From Staphylococcus phage vB_Sau_P68: a stretch of 64,000 nucleotides of DNA. Location of the stretch: the sequence record OL741057.1. The stretch is one strand, 5' to 3'. The position numbers were made by a program, and so were the translations under genes. Positions 18,826 through 29,552 of the stretch are shown here, piece by piece. The notes under the pieces are model-generated. The model did not search any database. It saw only the letters and a program-made list of their open reading frames with translations, and was not told the DNA's origin. Within the stretch, counting starts at the first letter, position 1, and every line of letters begins with the position of its first letter.

Positions 18826-19264
18826 TTTTCTTCAACTGAATTACTTTTTCATTGCTGTCAGATTCAGTTTCTTTTTGTACTTCTTCTTGTTGTTTTTGAC
18901 GTAATTCTTCTTGCTTCTCTTTTAAGTAAGCTTCTCGTTTCTCATTTAACTTATCTTTAGCTTTTTCAACTTGTTCTTGAGTTACTCCTAACTCATCTTC
19001 CATGATAATCATCATTAAGTCAATTGCATTAAATGCGTCATTAAAATCCCCTGAAATCTCTTGAACTGTAACAGCATTAAGAACTTTAGCAATACGAGTT
19101 GCTTCTTCTAAAGAAACACTACGTGAACCGATTCTATCTAATTGTTTAGCTGTTTTTTCATCAACTTGTTTACCATCAACAGTTCCTTGAACTACAGCTT
19201 CAATCCATTTCTCCATGTCTGCTTGACTAATACCTTTTGTGTGTGTGCTAATATTTTTTTCCAT
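18812..19264 (-). CDS. hypothetical coiled-coil protein (150 aa)
   Basis: ORF track. Charged, helical C-terminus. Confidence 0.4.
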   Translation of the reverse strand: MEKNISTHTKGISQADMEKWIEAVVQGTVDGKQVDEKTAKQLDRIGSRSVSLEEATRIAKVLNAVTVQEISGDFNDAFNAIDLMMIIMEDELGVTQEQVEKAKDKLNEKREAYLKEKQEELRQKQQEEVQKETESDSNEKVIQLKKNDEQ

Positions 19265-19602
19265 TATTCTTGTTCTCCTTTTTCTTCTTCATTTTTAGGT
19301 TCTTCTTGTGATTTATCAATTGATTCTTGAATGTAGCCTAATACATCTTCATTAATAAGCTCTGCTTTATACAAAGCATCAATTAAAATATTTAAGTTTA
19401 ATTCATTGTTGTATTCTAAGTCTGTCATTTGCTCATTAACACCTAACATAAGGTTAGTAATAGCTTTAGCTACGTCTGTTAATGTTGCTGTTTCTTCTTT
19501 ACCCATTTCTTCTAATTGATGTTGTCGTTGCTCATTACCTACTCTTAAAGCTGTAATGTACTCATCTACAAATTCTAAAATATCTTTTTTATTATTTGAC
19601 AT
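19264..19602 (-). CDS. hypothetical protein (112 aa)
   Basis: ORF track. Preceded by an RBS and promoter. Confidence 0.45.
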   Translation of the reverse strand: MSNNKKDILEFVDEYITALRVGNEQRQHQLEEMGKEETATLTDVAKAITNLMLGVNEQMTDLEYNNELNLNILIDALYKAELINEDVLGYIQESIDKSQEEPKNEEEKGEQE

Positions 19603-19636
19603 TATTTTTTTCTCCTTTATTAATTACTTAAGTACT

Positions 19637-19665
19637 AGTATAACATAAAACTTCTCTGAGGTCAA
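19637..19665 (-). promoter_or_regulatory. sigma-A-like promoter TTGACC-17-TATACT
   Basis: ggtcaa at 19660-19665 and agtata at 19637-19642 with a 17-nt spacer. Confidence 0.5.
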
Positions 19666-19667
19666 GC

Positions 19668-20735
19668 CTAAAGTTTAAGTTTTTGTTGTATTTTGTAACT
19701 CTGTATACTTTCAGGTGTTACTAATACTCGATTCTGTTTTAGTAACTCAAAAGCTTTTCTTGTTCCCATATCATTTGCATCCTCGTCACCATGAGGTACA
19801 AAGTAAACTTTGTTAAAATGTGTTTTTAGTTTATAGGCTAAATCTATATTATTATCTAATGCATCAGTATCTAACATAATATATATTGATGTATCTACAC
19901 TAACATAATCAATTATTTTTTTTATTTGGTTTTCTGTTACTTGTTTCCCTAGTGTTGCTACTCCATATTCATGAAAGGTTAAAGCATCAAATACACCTTC
20001 AGTTATAACTAAGAATTTTTTCTTTCTTGCTATATTTAAATTAAATATGACATCTTTTCTTCCTACTTCATCTTGTTTAGCCGGAGCATTAATAGATTTA
20101 ATATAAGGGTTATTCTCTATACTTCGGGTATTCCAATATTGGTAGTTTCCATCATTATCATACGTAAAGAATATAATACTGTTCCTTAATGATACTTTTG
20201 ATTCTCCATCAACTTTATAGAAGCTCCCATTAATAACATAACCTATATTATTATTAATGATTTGCTCTAAAGTTATACCTCTACCTTTTAAGTATTTTAA
20301 AAAAGGTATAATCTCTCTATTATTTAAATTATCTTTTAATAATTTATATCCATCAGGTAATCGAGGTGGTTTAATACTAGTATTTCCTTTATCTTGATGT
20401 ACTCCTCTAAGCATTAATATAAGTTTCTCTGATTCTGTTAAATCCTTATTATTAGTTGTAAGTAAAGGGGCTCTCTCTATATCTATATTCTTAGACTCTA
20501 ATAAGTCAAAAGCTTGTTTACCTGTAATGTTGTAATAGGTCTTCATAAATGTAATAGGGTTACCTGATTCATCACATTTTTTACAATGGTATTGACCATT
20601 ACTAGAGTCTAAAGCTTGCTTAACATAGAACTTATAACTTTTTTCTCCACAAAACGGACAACAGTATCTTAGCTCACCTATAGTATTCTCTTTTGGTTCT
20701 CCTAATTCTTGGGTTAAAAAGTCTTCAAACCTCAT
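19668..20735 (-). CDS. DNA primase (zinc-binding domain plus TOPRIM, 355 aa)
   Basis: Zinc finger CPFCGE...CKKCDESG. A TOPRIM-like acidic core (VITEGVFDALT...LDTD) follows. Confidence 0.7.
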   Translation of the reverse strand: MRFEDFLTQELGEPKENTIGELRYCCPFCGEKSYKFYVKQALDSSNGQYHCKKCDESGNPITFMKTYYNITGKQAFDLLESKNIDIERAPLLTTNNKDLTESEKLILMLRGVHQDKGNTSIKPPRLPDGYKLLKDNLNNREIIPFLKYLKGRGITLEQIINNNIGYVINGSFYKVDGESKVSLRNSIIFFTYDNDGNYQYWNTRSIENNPYIKSINAPAKQDEVGRKDVIFNLNIARKKKFLVITEGVFDALTFHEYGVATLGKQVTENQIKKIIDYVSVDTSIYIMLDTDALDNNIDLAYKLKTHFNKVYFVPHGDEDANDMGTRKAFELLKQNRVLVTPESIQSYKIQQKLKL

Positions 20736-20749
20736 AATATCCTTCCTTA

Positions 20750-21346
20750 CTATTTACTAATTTTTTTCATCAGTAGTAACATATTGTAAATCTGTCCTAG
20801 GTCACTATAAGTTAAGTCTACAGAAAAATCACTCTCTTTAAGTGCTTCATTTAATTGTGACTCTTCTGATTTCATGTTAAAGATTCTCAATTCTTCTTCT
20901 GTTTTACCTTCTAGGTATCTAGTAACAACAATAGTTTTAAGACTTTGGAATATAACTCCAATATCTCTGAACCCTTGTTCTACAATGCTAGCATCATACT
21001 CTTCTGTTATAACAGGTAAACCATATTGTTTAGCTTTCTCAATAATCTTTAAATTATCTTTACGTACTGCAGGGTTATACCAATACCCTATTTTACATCT
21101 ATGATTATTATCTCTAATAATATCTTGATTATTATCCTCTAAACCATAAGAAGAAGGTAAGGTAGAACGTAATCTTTTTAATTCTAAATATTCTCCATTT
21201 CTGCTTAACTTGTATTCATAAGCATTACTTAAAGGGTACCAATCAACTAAGTTAGCCGTAGGTACATTATCTATCGTTTTGTGCTCCTTATTACGATGAA
21301 ACACATTAAGTGTTGCATTCTCTTTATCTAAAATCTTTAATTTCAT
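20750..21346 (-). CDS. hypothetical protein (198 aa)
   Basis: ORF track. Confidence 0.45.
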   Translation of the reverse strand: MKLKILDKENATLNVFHRNKEHKTIDNVPTANLVDWYPLSNAYEYKLSRNGEYLELKRLRSTLPSSYGLEDNNQDIIRDNNHRCKIGYWYNPAVRKDNLKIIEKAKQYGLPVITEEYDASIVEQGFRDIGVIFQSLKTIVVTRYLEGKTEEELRIFNMKSEESQLNEALKESDFSVDLTYSDLGQIYNMLLLMKKISK

Positions 21347-23265
21347 TATTTTTCCTCCAATTTTGATATTCCATTTTCTTTTACTATTTTAATTGTTTGT
21401 TCAAACAGCGGTTTAAGTTCTGTATTGTGGGTAATTACAAATATAGTTCCTACTGTATTAAGTCTATCCTTTAATAACTTAATTACATTTTCACATCCTA
21501 CAGTATCTAACCCATCAAAACATTCATCATAAAGTGCAATATTTGTAGATATATCATCTTTACTCATAATTAAATCCTGAATTGCAAAACTAATTGCTAA
21601 GTCAATACGTTTTTGTTCTCCTGCTGAGTTTGATTTGTATGAGCCTCCGCCCTTACTATTTTTAACAATAACATCAAACTTATCTTTTAGTTCTCCTTTA
21701 GCATTCTTCACTTGCGTTTGGAATTCTATTTCAATATCTGAACCTGATAAAGTTTGAAGGTACTCATTAGCTTTCTCATTTAAGAAAGGTGTAATAAAAT
21801 CTAACACTACTGAACGTATACCTTTATTACTAAAAGCATCTACAGCTTGTTGGTATTTACCTTTCTTACTTTCTAATTGTACTATATTCTCCTCATGTTT
21901 GTCAATAGCATTTTGCAATTCTTTTTTATCTTCTTCATGTTTTTCTTTGCTCGGTTCTTCTCTTTCTAAACCTTGAACGGATTGATGCTGATATTTTACT
22001 TTTAAATAAGTTTTATTATTTTCTAATGAACTAATATCCGATTTAATTTTAGAAACCTCTTGAATGAGACTATTAATCTTGTTGTTATGTTCTCGTTCTT
22101 GTTGGTCTTCTTGGGTCATTTTATCTTTAATTTCTTGTGCTTTATTATTTACTTTATCAATAGCTTCTTTATACGTATCTTTCATTCCTAATACACTAGT
22201 AACTTCTTGTTTCTTACTCTCAATCTGATTATTGATATTTTCCTGCTCTTTTAATTTATGAGAGTTATCTATAGGAGAGCCACAAACAGGACAATGGTCG
22301 TTTGTATCTAACTGATTTAAGCTATTATTTAGTGTAGCTATCTCAGATTTCAGTACCTGTTCCTTAGTATTATAATCTGTGTATACTTGATTTAATTCAG
22401 TTAATTTATTAGAAAGTAAATCTAGGCTCTGAGAGGCTTTATTATAGTCCTCTGAGTGCTTAAATTGTTCATCAGGTATTGTTGGTACCTGTGAAGTTAA
22501 TTGCTCTATTTGAGCTTCTATTTGCTTCTCCTCTTGCTCTCTTAATCTATCTTTCTCTTTATTACTGTTTTCTATCTGAACTAATTGTTCTTTATATTGA
22601 TTGTACTGTTCTACTTCCTTTTGAAAGTATTCATCTTTTGTAGATAACTGATATCCTAATTTATCTATTTCTTGTCTTAGGTTATTCTGTTGTTCTTCTA
22701 CCTCTTTAACTTTCTCTTTTGCTATATCTTGTGCTTGCTTATATACATCTGTTTTAGTAATGGATTCAAGAATTTCTTTCTTACCTTTATCTGTTGCTTG
22801 AGAGAACATAGGAATGTCTCCTTGACCATACATGATAGCATTGACATACGTATTAAACTCAATACCAAATAAATCCTGTATCTGCTTATCAGTAACATCA
22901 TTTGTTGAGCCTGTAATTTCGTTATCATTAACAAACAATTTAACTTTATTCTTATTCTCTTTATCCTTACGATAACGCTCAATTAAATAACTGTCTTCTC
23001 CAATATCAAACTTAAGTTTAACAGATGTATTTTTCTTCTCAATGTTATTTACTACATCATCTGCTTTTAACCCTTTTTCAGTTTTACCGTATAAAGCATA
23101 AGTAATGGCAGATATTAAAGTTGATTTACCGGAACCATTAGAATGAAATGACTCATTGGATTTATTTTCACCCTCAATGAGAATGAGACCTCTATTATCT
23201 AACTCTAATGTAGCCTCTTTAATTGCTAAAAAATTATTAACTTCTACTTGTTTAAATACTACCAT
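21346..23265 (-). CDS. sbcC: SbcC/Rad50-like ATPase (about 640 aa)
   Basis: Walker A SNGSGKST, a long coiled coil with a CPVCG zinc hook, and a C-terminal signature and D-loop. The start is probably MVVFKQ at 23265, not 23286. Confidence 0.7.
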   Translation of the reverse strand: MVVFKQVEVNNFLAIKEATLELDNRGLILIEGENKSNESFHSNGSGKSTLISAITYALYGKTEKGLKADDVVNNIEKKNTSVKLKFDIGEDSYLIERYRKDKENKNKVKLFVNDNEITGSTNDVTDKQIQDLFGIEFNTYVNAIMYGQGDIPMFSQATDKGKKEILESITKTDVYKQAQDIAKEKVKEVEEQQNNLRQEIDKLGYQLSTKDEYFQKEVEQYNQYKEQLVQIENSNKEKDRLREQEEKQIEAQIEQLTSQVPTIPDEQFKHSEDYNKASQSLDLLSNKLTELNQVYTDYNTKEQVLKSEIATLNNSLNQLDTNDHCPVCGSPIDNSHKLKEQENINNQIESKKQEVTSVLGMKDTYKEAIDKVNNKAQEIKDKMTQEDQQEREHNNKINSLIQEVSKIKSDISSLENNKTYLKVKYQHQSVQGLEREEPSKEKHEEDKKELQNAIDKHEENIVQLESKKGKYQQAVDAFSNKGIRSVVLDFITPFLNEKANEYLQTLSGSDIEIEFQTQVKNAKGELKDKFDVIVKNSKGGGSYKSNSAGEQKRIDLAISFAIQDLIMSKDDISTNIALYDECFDGLDTVGCENVIKLLKDRLNTVGTIFVITHNTELKPLFEQTIKIVKENGISKLEEK

Positions 23266-24293
23266 TATAGAACCTCCTTCAAGCATTCAAGTATTTCTTG
23301 TTCTGATTCAGGTGAATATTGCTTAGCATAAGTACTAGCAATTGTTAGAGGGTCATCAGATACATCACTTTCTATACGTTTCTCTACAGTATACTCTTTT
23401 TTAATCTGAACCTCAACATTTTTATCCTTCATACTGTCATCCATTTCTAACACTTTAGCATGGTTTGAAGTACCAATTAACCTAATAAAATTATCTTCAT
23501 CTATTAATTGGTCAAAGTTTTCAGGTATATCTTCTCCCTGGATAGTAATAAATCTACGTGTATGAATTGGAATAAATTCTGTAGTCATCTTTTCCGTATC
23601 TATTAAATGAACACCATTAGCTTCTTGCTCATCAGAAAATGACTGTTGCATTAATGAGCCTCCATAAAAATGGTTTGGGTTTTTGAAATATTGTCTTCTA
23701 TGGTAATGTCCTAATAGAATAAAAGCATAGTTATCGGGTAATAAATCAGGATAACCAAAAGCACCTTCTAGTCTATGAGAGCCTTTACCAGTTAAAGACC
23801 CTTCTACGCCTAAATGACCTACTAGAACATTTACTTTACCTTCTTGGTAGCTCTTTTTAATAAATTCTTTAATCTCTTCAGTCTCATCTCCATAAGCACA
23901 CATTGTTAGTTGTACCGTATCACTTAAAGGTTCACTTCGTAAAGACTTAGTTACTTCTACGTTAGGTAACGTTTCAAATATATCTATACTTGAATCAGTA
24001 TATAATGAGTTACTCACAGCATCATGATTTCCTCTAACCATGTAAACTTTAACGTCTTGGTTACTAGCAAATGTTTCAAAGACCTTGTTATACACTCTAG
24101 TATCTACTGAATTACGTTTATGAAATAGGTCTCCTCCAAAAATAACTGTAGCTTCTTCTTCTCTAGCAATATCAAAAACTTTCTGTAATGCTTCTATCTG
24201 CTCTTTAAATCTATCATTTACATAATCTTCATCAGGTTTTGCATAGTTTGTAAATAAATGAAAATGACTATCAGTAAAAAATACAAATTTCAT
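23265..24293 (-). CDS. sbcD: SbcD/Mre11-like nuclease (342 aa)
   Basis: Phosphoesterase motifs DSH, GGDLFH, RGNHD and GHYH. Confidence 0.7.
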   Translation of the reverse strand: MKFVFFTDSHFHLFTNYAKPDEDYVNDRFKEQIEALQKVFDIAREEEATVIFGGDLFHKRNSVDTRVYNKVFETFASNQDVKVYMVRGNHDAVSNSLYTDSSIDIFETLPNVEVTKSLRSEPLSDTVQLTMCAYGDETEEIKEFIKKSYQEGKVNVLVGHLGVEGSLTGKGSHRLEGAFGYPDLLPDNYAFILLGHYHRRQYFKNPNHFYGGSLMQQSFSDEQEANGVHLIDTEKMTTEFIPIHTRRFITIQGEDIPENFDQLIDEDNFIRLIGTSNHAKVLEMDDSMKDKNVEVQIKKEYTVEKRIESDVSDDPLTIASTYAKQYSPESEQEILECLKEVL

Positions 24294-24607
24294 TATTCAT
24301 CCTCCAAATTCTCTTCAACAAGTTTGTTTATATGTTTTTCTAGTTCGTCAGATGAAGTGTCTACATCATTTACATAGGTAGTTATTTTATTATTGTTATC
24401 TGTCAAAATAATTGTATTTGGTTTATATTCAAGCTCAAACACTCTATCTTGCGGACTTGCTACTTCAATTGTCATCCCTTTAGTTTCTGTCTCACTTGTT
24501 AGGAATATTACATATCCTTCCGGTTTAGTGCTATTAAAAAATCTAAAGTTAATTATTGGGTCAAAATTTCTCATTATAAATCTCTCCTCTTTTTGTTTAT
24601 AAAACAA
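24293..24607 (-). CDS. hypothetical protein (104 aa)
   Basis: ORF track. It has a perfect TTGACA-17-TATAAT promoter. Confidence 0.45.
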   Translation of the reverse strand: MFYKQKEERFIMRNFDPIINFRFFNSTKPEGYVIFLTSETETKGMTIEVASPQDRVFELEYKPNTIILTDNNNKITTYVNDVDTSSDELEKHINKLVEENLEDE

Positions 24608-24635
24608 TTATACCACCTAACATATAAAATGTCAA
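24607..24635 (-). promoter_or_regulatory. sigma-A-like promoter TTGACA-17-TATAAT (consensus)
   Basis: tgtcaa at 24630-24635 and attata at 24607-24612. Confidence 0.6.
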
Positions 24636-24653
24636 GTGGTATAGATTAAAAAT

Positions 24654-26096
24654 TTAAATTCCAGGTAATCCTCCGAATGTGTTATTTATAGCTTCTATTT
24701 TATTATCTTTAGCTTGGAATTTACTTGTATCTTCTTTCCCATTATCAGATAACAATTGAATGTGTTCTTGTTTTTCTTCCGGTGTTTCATCTCTTACAAT
24801 CATCTTAGTTGGTTCTACTTTAAGATTAACAAATCGTTCCCCTGTATTAGAACTGTTACGAACTTTATCCAGGTACAATCTCAAGAAACCGCTCTTGAAT
24901 TCTTCATCTTTTTGGTTTACTGCTAATGATACCTCAACAGCATTGACAATCTTACGAGAGCCCTCTACATGTTCACTTGTAATAACATCTGAACCATAAG
25001 CTCCACGGTTAGTCTGAGCTAAAGTCCAACATACAAATCCATATTGCTGTGATAATCTACGAATGTCTTCAAACAGTTTTCCTCCTGCATCTGATTCTGA
25101 ATGATACTTAGCATGTGGATTTCTCATTAGATGAGGATAGTCAATGATAACAACATCAATATTCTTATCTTTCTTAATTGTAGTATTAACAATAATTTGC
25201 TCTAATTGGTTTGGTGTAACTTCACCTGGCATATGTTTAGAAATATAAAAGTCACCTAATAACTTTCTATTCTTCTGATAATGATTTTGTATTGCATCAT
25301 AAACTTTATTATTTAAAGACATATCTTGATTGACAATTTGGCTTTTTTCTGCCCCTGCCATTTGTTGCTCTGCACGTAAAACCATTCTATCCATTTTTTC
25401 CTCTAATGCAATGTATAGAACACTTAACCCACTCTTCACATAGTTTTTAGCTAAGTTAGAAGCCATTAATGACTTACCTCTACCTGTTGGAGCTATAATT
25501 AATCCAACCTCTCCTCTTGCTATACCACCTTCAATGTGGTTATCAATAGAATTGAACCCTGTAGAGAATTTATTTGTAGCTAAATTACTTAATAGTTCCT
25601 GTTTCTTTTCAGTATCTTCGAAGAAATCAATGAATTCCCCATTACCACCTGAAATATCACTTACCTCTATTTGTTTTAATTTATCTACAAGCTCATGTAA
25701 GTTGTCTGAATCTTCTTGTTTATTCTCTGCAATAAACTTAACTAATACTTCCTTAGACATTTCTGTTTTAATATACTTTTCTATTTCATAGTTAACAGAC
25801 TCATCTTTCTCATTAACATCTACTTTATATAAATCTTCTAAGTAAGTTAAAGTTTTAGTTACTTTCTCTTCATCTTCCTTATTATTACCCATAAGCTGTT
25901 CTATTTTAATTGCTAACGCTTCATTTGACATCTTATCGGAAATGTGTGCTGTTCTCTTTATAGCTGTAAATAAGTAACCCATATCTTCAGATTCTGCTGA
26001 AAATAGGTTCTTAGGTAAGTTATCTAGTACTTCTCTTGCAAAATGTATATCCTTCATTGATTTATGAAGAATAAGCTCCTTTATCTTTTTACTCAT
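24654..26096 (-). CDS. DnaB-like replicative helicase (480 aa)
   Basis: Walker A LIIAPTGRGKS in a RecA-like C-terminal domain, with a helical N-terminal domain. Confidence 0.65.
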   Translation of the reverse strand: MSKKIKELILHKSMKDIHFAREVLDNLPKNLFSAESEDMGYLFTAIKRTAHISDKMSNEALAIKIEQLMGNNKEDEEKVTKTLTYLEDLYKVDVNEKDESVNYEIEKYIKTEMSKEVLVKFIAENKQEDSDNLHELVDKLKQIEVSDISGGNGEFIDFFEDTEKKQELLSNLATNKFSTGFNSIDNHIEGGIARGEVGLIIAPTGRGKSLMASNLAKNYVKSGLSVLYIALEEKMDRMVLRAEQQMAGAEKSQIVNQDMSLNNKVYDAIQNHYQKNRKLLGDFYISKHMPGEVTPNQLEQIIVNTTIKKDKNIDVVIIDYPHLMRNPHAKYHSESDAGGKLFEDIRRLSQQYGFVCWTLAQTNRGAYGSDVITSEHVEGSRKIVNAVEVSLAVNQKDEEFKSGFLRLYLDKVRNSSNTGERFVNLKVEPTKMIVRDETPEEKQEHIQLLSDNGKEDTSKFQAKDNKIEAINNTFGGLPGI

Positions 26097-27702
26097 AGTT
26101 ATTAACCTCTTCCTCTACTAAATGTATAAGTTTATTATAATCCAACATACCTTCTTTTGTCAAGGGTATTTTATCAATTAAATTATATTTTTCTATAATA
26201 TATTTTACTTCTCTTAGGTTTACTTCATATCCTAGGTAATCACCAAACATTCTTAGTATATAATAAGTTGAAGTATGTTGTCTCATATAAAGATATTCAT
26301 TACCGTTCTGTTCTAAGTTTTGTATATCCATACCACTTAGTGAATTTCTATTCACTATACCTCCTAGACTTATCGGTAATAAATCTTCTCTTTTGATTCC
26401 TTTGTTTAGCTGTTTATCATAAACTATATGCTCTTTCTGCATAGTAAACATTGATAACCTTGCAGACGGTGATATACTTGTTGGAGAGTAATCATTAATT
26501 ATGCATTGTTTTACATATTTATTAATGATACTTTTCTCTTCTGTAGGTAGGTTCTTAATTTCTTCTTCAATCATAGAATTATATTGTAGTAAAATAATAT
26601 GTTTCATATCCCCAAATAATCCATAAGAAGCATTCTCAAGGTCTAAGGCTTGTTCAAACATAGTATCAATATCATGTAAGTTAGAATTTAACCCTGTAGT
26701 GTATAATTGATGTAAATGTAATACAGCAGGATTCTTAACGTAGTCTGATGAATTAATAATACTATCTGTATCTCCTAGGTGTCTATTTGTATTGTTAACA
26801 CCTTTTTTTATTCCCTTAATATAATTATTATAGTTTTTAAAATACTTATCTGAACTAAAGAAGTTAGGAGAAGGTATTGGATTAGGTTGCATACCGTTCT
26901 CATAATAAAATGTTACATTCTTAAATACGTTTTGCATATATTTAAATACATTAATATTTTTATCTTTTATTTTTAAATAAAAATTATAAAAGGTATTAAA
27001 TGTTTTACTACCGAAGAAATTATCACTTACACTATTTCTAGGTAAGTTCTGAATCATTTTATTTCTATAGTATTCAGACATATGTTGGTGGTAATCATAT
27101 TCATCTTTAGTTGTTGCCTTATTCATTGCTTTAAGGTGACTAGTATGTTTAGCATCCATATGAGAGATAGCATACTGGTCATAGAGCTTGCAAAGTATAT
27201 AAGCTTTATAAAACCCTTCAGGGTCATAAGACATATTAAAAACTTCCTTAGAAGGGTAAGGAAGACCTTCTGAATGAAAATTCATATCAGATATAATCTT
27301 TCTTTTCTCATCTTTAATAGCATTATACTGTGCCATTTCTAATTTTGTACGTCTTCGTTGTTCTTTTCTCTCATATCTATATGAAGGGTAGTGCTTTTCT
27401 CTTAATGCTTTAGCATACTGTAAATCAGAAGTAATAATATTATCTGTAGAATTATTAAATTCTTTCAATTCTTCTGTGTCATATTCTCTAACTAAAGTTA
27501 TCACTACTCCACCATTTTTACCTCTTTTAGATACAGTAACAATTTTATTTTCTTCTTCTAACTTTTTAAGGTTATTGGATAAAGCAGAGATGGAAACGTC
27601 TAGAGAATCTGCTAGTTCTTTCTTAGTAGAAATATGAAATTTATTTTCTGTAGCATTTTCTTCTAGATATTGGTATAACTTTCGTTGTGTTTTTGTTGCC
27701 AT
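26089..27702 (-). CDS. replication-associated DNA-binding protein with N-terminal winged HTH (537 aa)
   Basis: N-terminal MarR/Rep-like HTH (KKELADSLDVSISALSNNLKKLEEENKIVTV). The size matches the Rep protein of Kayvirus-like phages. That identity is inferred. Confidence 0.45.
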   Translation of the reverse strand: MATKTQRKLYQYLEENATENKFHISTKKELADSLDVSISALSNNLKKLEEENKIVTVSKRGKNGGVVITLVREYDTEELKEFNNSTDNIITSDLQYAKALREKHYPSYRYERKEQRRRTKLEMAQYNAIKDEKRKIISDMNFHSEGLPYPSKEVFNMSYDPEGFYKAYILCKLYDQYAISHMDAKHTSHLKAMNKATTKDEYDYHQHMSEYYRNKMIQNLPRNSVSDNFFGSKTFNTFYNFYLKIKDKNINVFKYMQNVFKNVTFYYENGMQPNPIPSPNFFSSDKYFKNYNNYIKGIKKGVNNTNRHLGDTDSIINSSDYVKNPAVLHLHQLYTTGLNSNLHDIDTMFEQALDLENASYGLFGDMKHIILLQYNSMIEEEIKNLPTEEKSIINKYVKQCIINDYSPTSISPSARLSMFTMQKEHIVYDKQLNKGIKREDLLPISLGGIVNRNSLSGMDIQNLEQNGNEYLYMRQHTSTYYILRMFGDYLGYEVNLREVKYIIEKYNLIDKIPLTKEGMLDYNKLIHLVEEEVNNYE

Positions 27703-27713
27703 CTCTTACCCTC

Positions 27714-29462
27714 CTATTTTCCTAAGTCTTTTATTTCAAAATCTTCCTCTTCATAAATTTTCCTACGCTCATTAGCATGAGTATATAAAAATCTATTTGT
27801 CATATCATTAAAATCAAATATTTGTGTTGTATTGTCATCTTTCTTCTTACGTAAAGCACGTCCAATACGTTGTAGTGTCTGTCTTAATGATTTACCTCCT
27901 GCACCTAGTATCAGTGCATTAATACCGGATATATCTACACCCTCATCAATAAGTGATGTAGCTATCATTACTTTAAGTTTACCACTTCTCATGTCATTTA
28001 GTTTTTCTCTTCTAGTTTCAGAGTCTATTTCCCCATGTAAGAAGTAGTGTTCTACATCTAAATCATTTAACAGCTCAGATATTGTATCTCCGTGCTCTAT
28101 AAAGTTTACAATGATTAATGTTCCTTTATCTTGATTATACCACTTTTCTGTTAGTTTTGCAATAAGTTTATTCCTAAAATCATTATTTGTTATACCTTTA
28201 TCGTAAGCTTCCCTATAATCATCAATTCTATCTATATCATTAGGGTTAGCTACCGGTATAATATTTATTGTTGGTCTAGCAGAATGTCCTTCGTCAATCA
28301 AGAACTTATTAGTAGTTCTAGCTATAACATTACCAAATAAAGCTTGTAGTCTCATCCATAGTAATTCATCTTTCTTATCTATAGAGCCTGTTAGGGCAAT
28401 CCTATATAATGCCTTTTCACAAGTCATTAGGTTATTATACCATGAGTCTGATTTAGAGTGGTGTGCCTCATCAACTATCATAACAGTCACTGAATCTAAA
28501 AAGTCTCTCATATCTTGGTATTTATCGTATTTCTTTTCATTCTTTTCCCTAACAACTTTTTGGAAATGGGCATTATGTTTCTTTAGGTTTAATAAGACCT
28601 CTGCGTCAGTTTTACTGTTTTGGTAAATTAGTTCTAGAACATTTAATACATTTTGCTCTACCTTTGTTTTAGGTGTTGTATTATCAAGTAATACTTTAAG
28701 TAATTTCTTTTGATTAGTACCACCTTCAAATTTAGGTAATATTTCTTGTGCAATCTTTTTACTAATATTTTGTTTAGGTGTTACTTTAACTCCTTGTGTC
28801 GGGTCTTTAAGGTTTGCATTTAATGTAGGTATCATTACAACTGTAACCTGTTTAACATCAAATTTACCTGCCCCTACTTTACCAATAGGAATATTTAGTC
28901 GTTCTTTTAATCTGTCTGCAGACTGATGAAAAATTTCTGTAGAGCCTGTGAAGAAAGCTACCCTTTCTCCTTTCTCAAGTTGAGGAAGTAACTGGTCTAT
29001 AATACCACTAGCAACCTCTGTTTTACCTCCGTTAGTTGCTAAGTGAGCAATACCATTATAGAATGTTAAACTATTATATACTGCCTCATACTGATAGTCT
29101 CTTAAAGTTATCTGACCAATATTATTATCTAGTAAAGTTATTTCATCATCAATATCCTCTTCCGATAGGAAACTTTCATCACGTTCATCAATCGTTTCAA
29201 ATTGGAAGTTATATCTTGATTGTAACTCCCCTAATAATAACTCAATCTTAAATAAAAGTCCAGTAGGGAATTTATCTTCCTCATAAACATAAAAGTCTAC
29301 GTAACCATCCCAACTACCTCTCTTGTATGCGGGGCTGTATTGAAACCCTTCCTGTCGTGCTCCTATTGTAGTATGGACTCTCTTTAAAAATATATCTTTT
29401 AAGTATTTATCATCCTCCTCAAATTCTACATAGGTATATAAGTTCTTAATTCGTAATTTCAT
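27714..29462 (-). CDS. SF2 DEAD/DEAH-box DNA helicase (582 aa)
   Basis: Motif I-like ATNGGKTE, motif II MIVDEAHH and motif VI QRIGRALR. Confidence 0.7.
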   Translation of the reverse strand: MKLRIKNLYTYVEFEEDDKYLKDIFLKRVHTTIGARQEGFQYSPAYKRGSWDGYVDFYVYEEDKFPTGLLFKIELLLGELQSRYNFQFETIDERDESFLSEEDIDDEITLLDNNIGQITLRDYQYEAVYNSLTFYNGIAHLATNGGKTEVASGIIDQLLPQLEKGERVAFFTGSTEIFHQSADRLKERLNIPIGKVGAGKFDVKQVTVVMIPTLNANLKDPTQGVKVTPKQNISKKIAQEILPKFEGGTNQKKLLKVLLDNTTPKTKVEQNVLNVLELIYQNSKTDAEVLLNLKKHNAHFQKVVREKNEKKYDKYQDMRDFLDSVTVMIVDEAHHSKSDSWYNNLMTCEKALYRIALTGSIDKKDELLWMRLQALFGNVIARTTNKFLIDEGHSARPTINIIPVANPNDIDRIDDYREAYDKGITNNDFRNKLIAKLTEKWYNQDKGTLIIVNFIEHGDTISELLNDLDVEHYFLHGEIDSETRREKLNDMRSGKLKVMIATSLIDEGVDISGINALILGAGGKSLRQTLQRIGRALRKKKDDNTTQIFDFNDMTNRFLYTHANERRKIYEEEDFEIKDLGK

Positions 29463-29492
29463 TTTAATCTCCTTATATCCTTACACGAGTTA

Positions 29493-29521
29493 TAGTATAG
29501 CACAGAATGCTTATTAAGTCA
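29493..29521 (-). promoter_or_regulatory. sigma-A-like promoter TTGACT-17-TATACT for the helicase operon
   Basis: agtcaa at 29516-29521 and agtata at 29493-29498. Confidence 0.55.
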
Positions 29522-29552
29522 AGAAAAAAAGACTAGGAGTTTATCCTAGTCT
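29521..29552 (-). terminator. rho-independent terminator (AGACUAGG-AUAAACUCC-UAGUCU followed by U7)
   Basis: Inverted repeat agactagg/cctagtct with an A-run on the plus strand, immediately after the RBP gene stop at 29551. Confidence 0.6.
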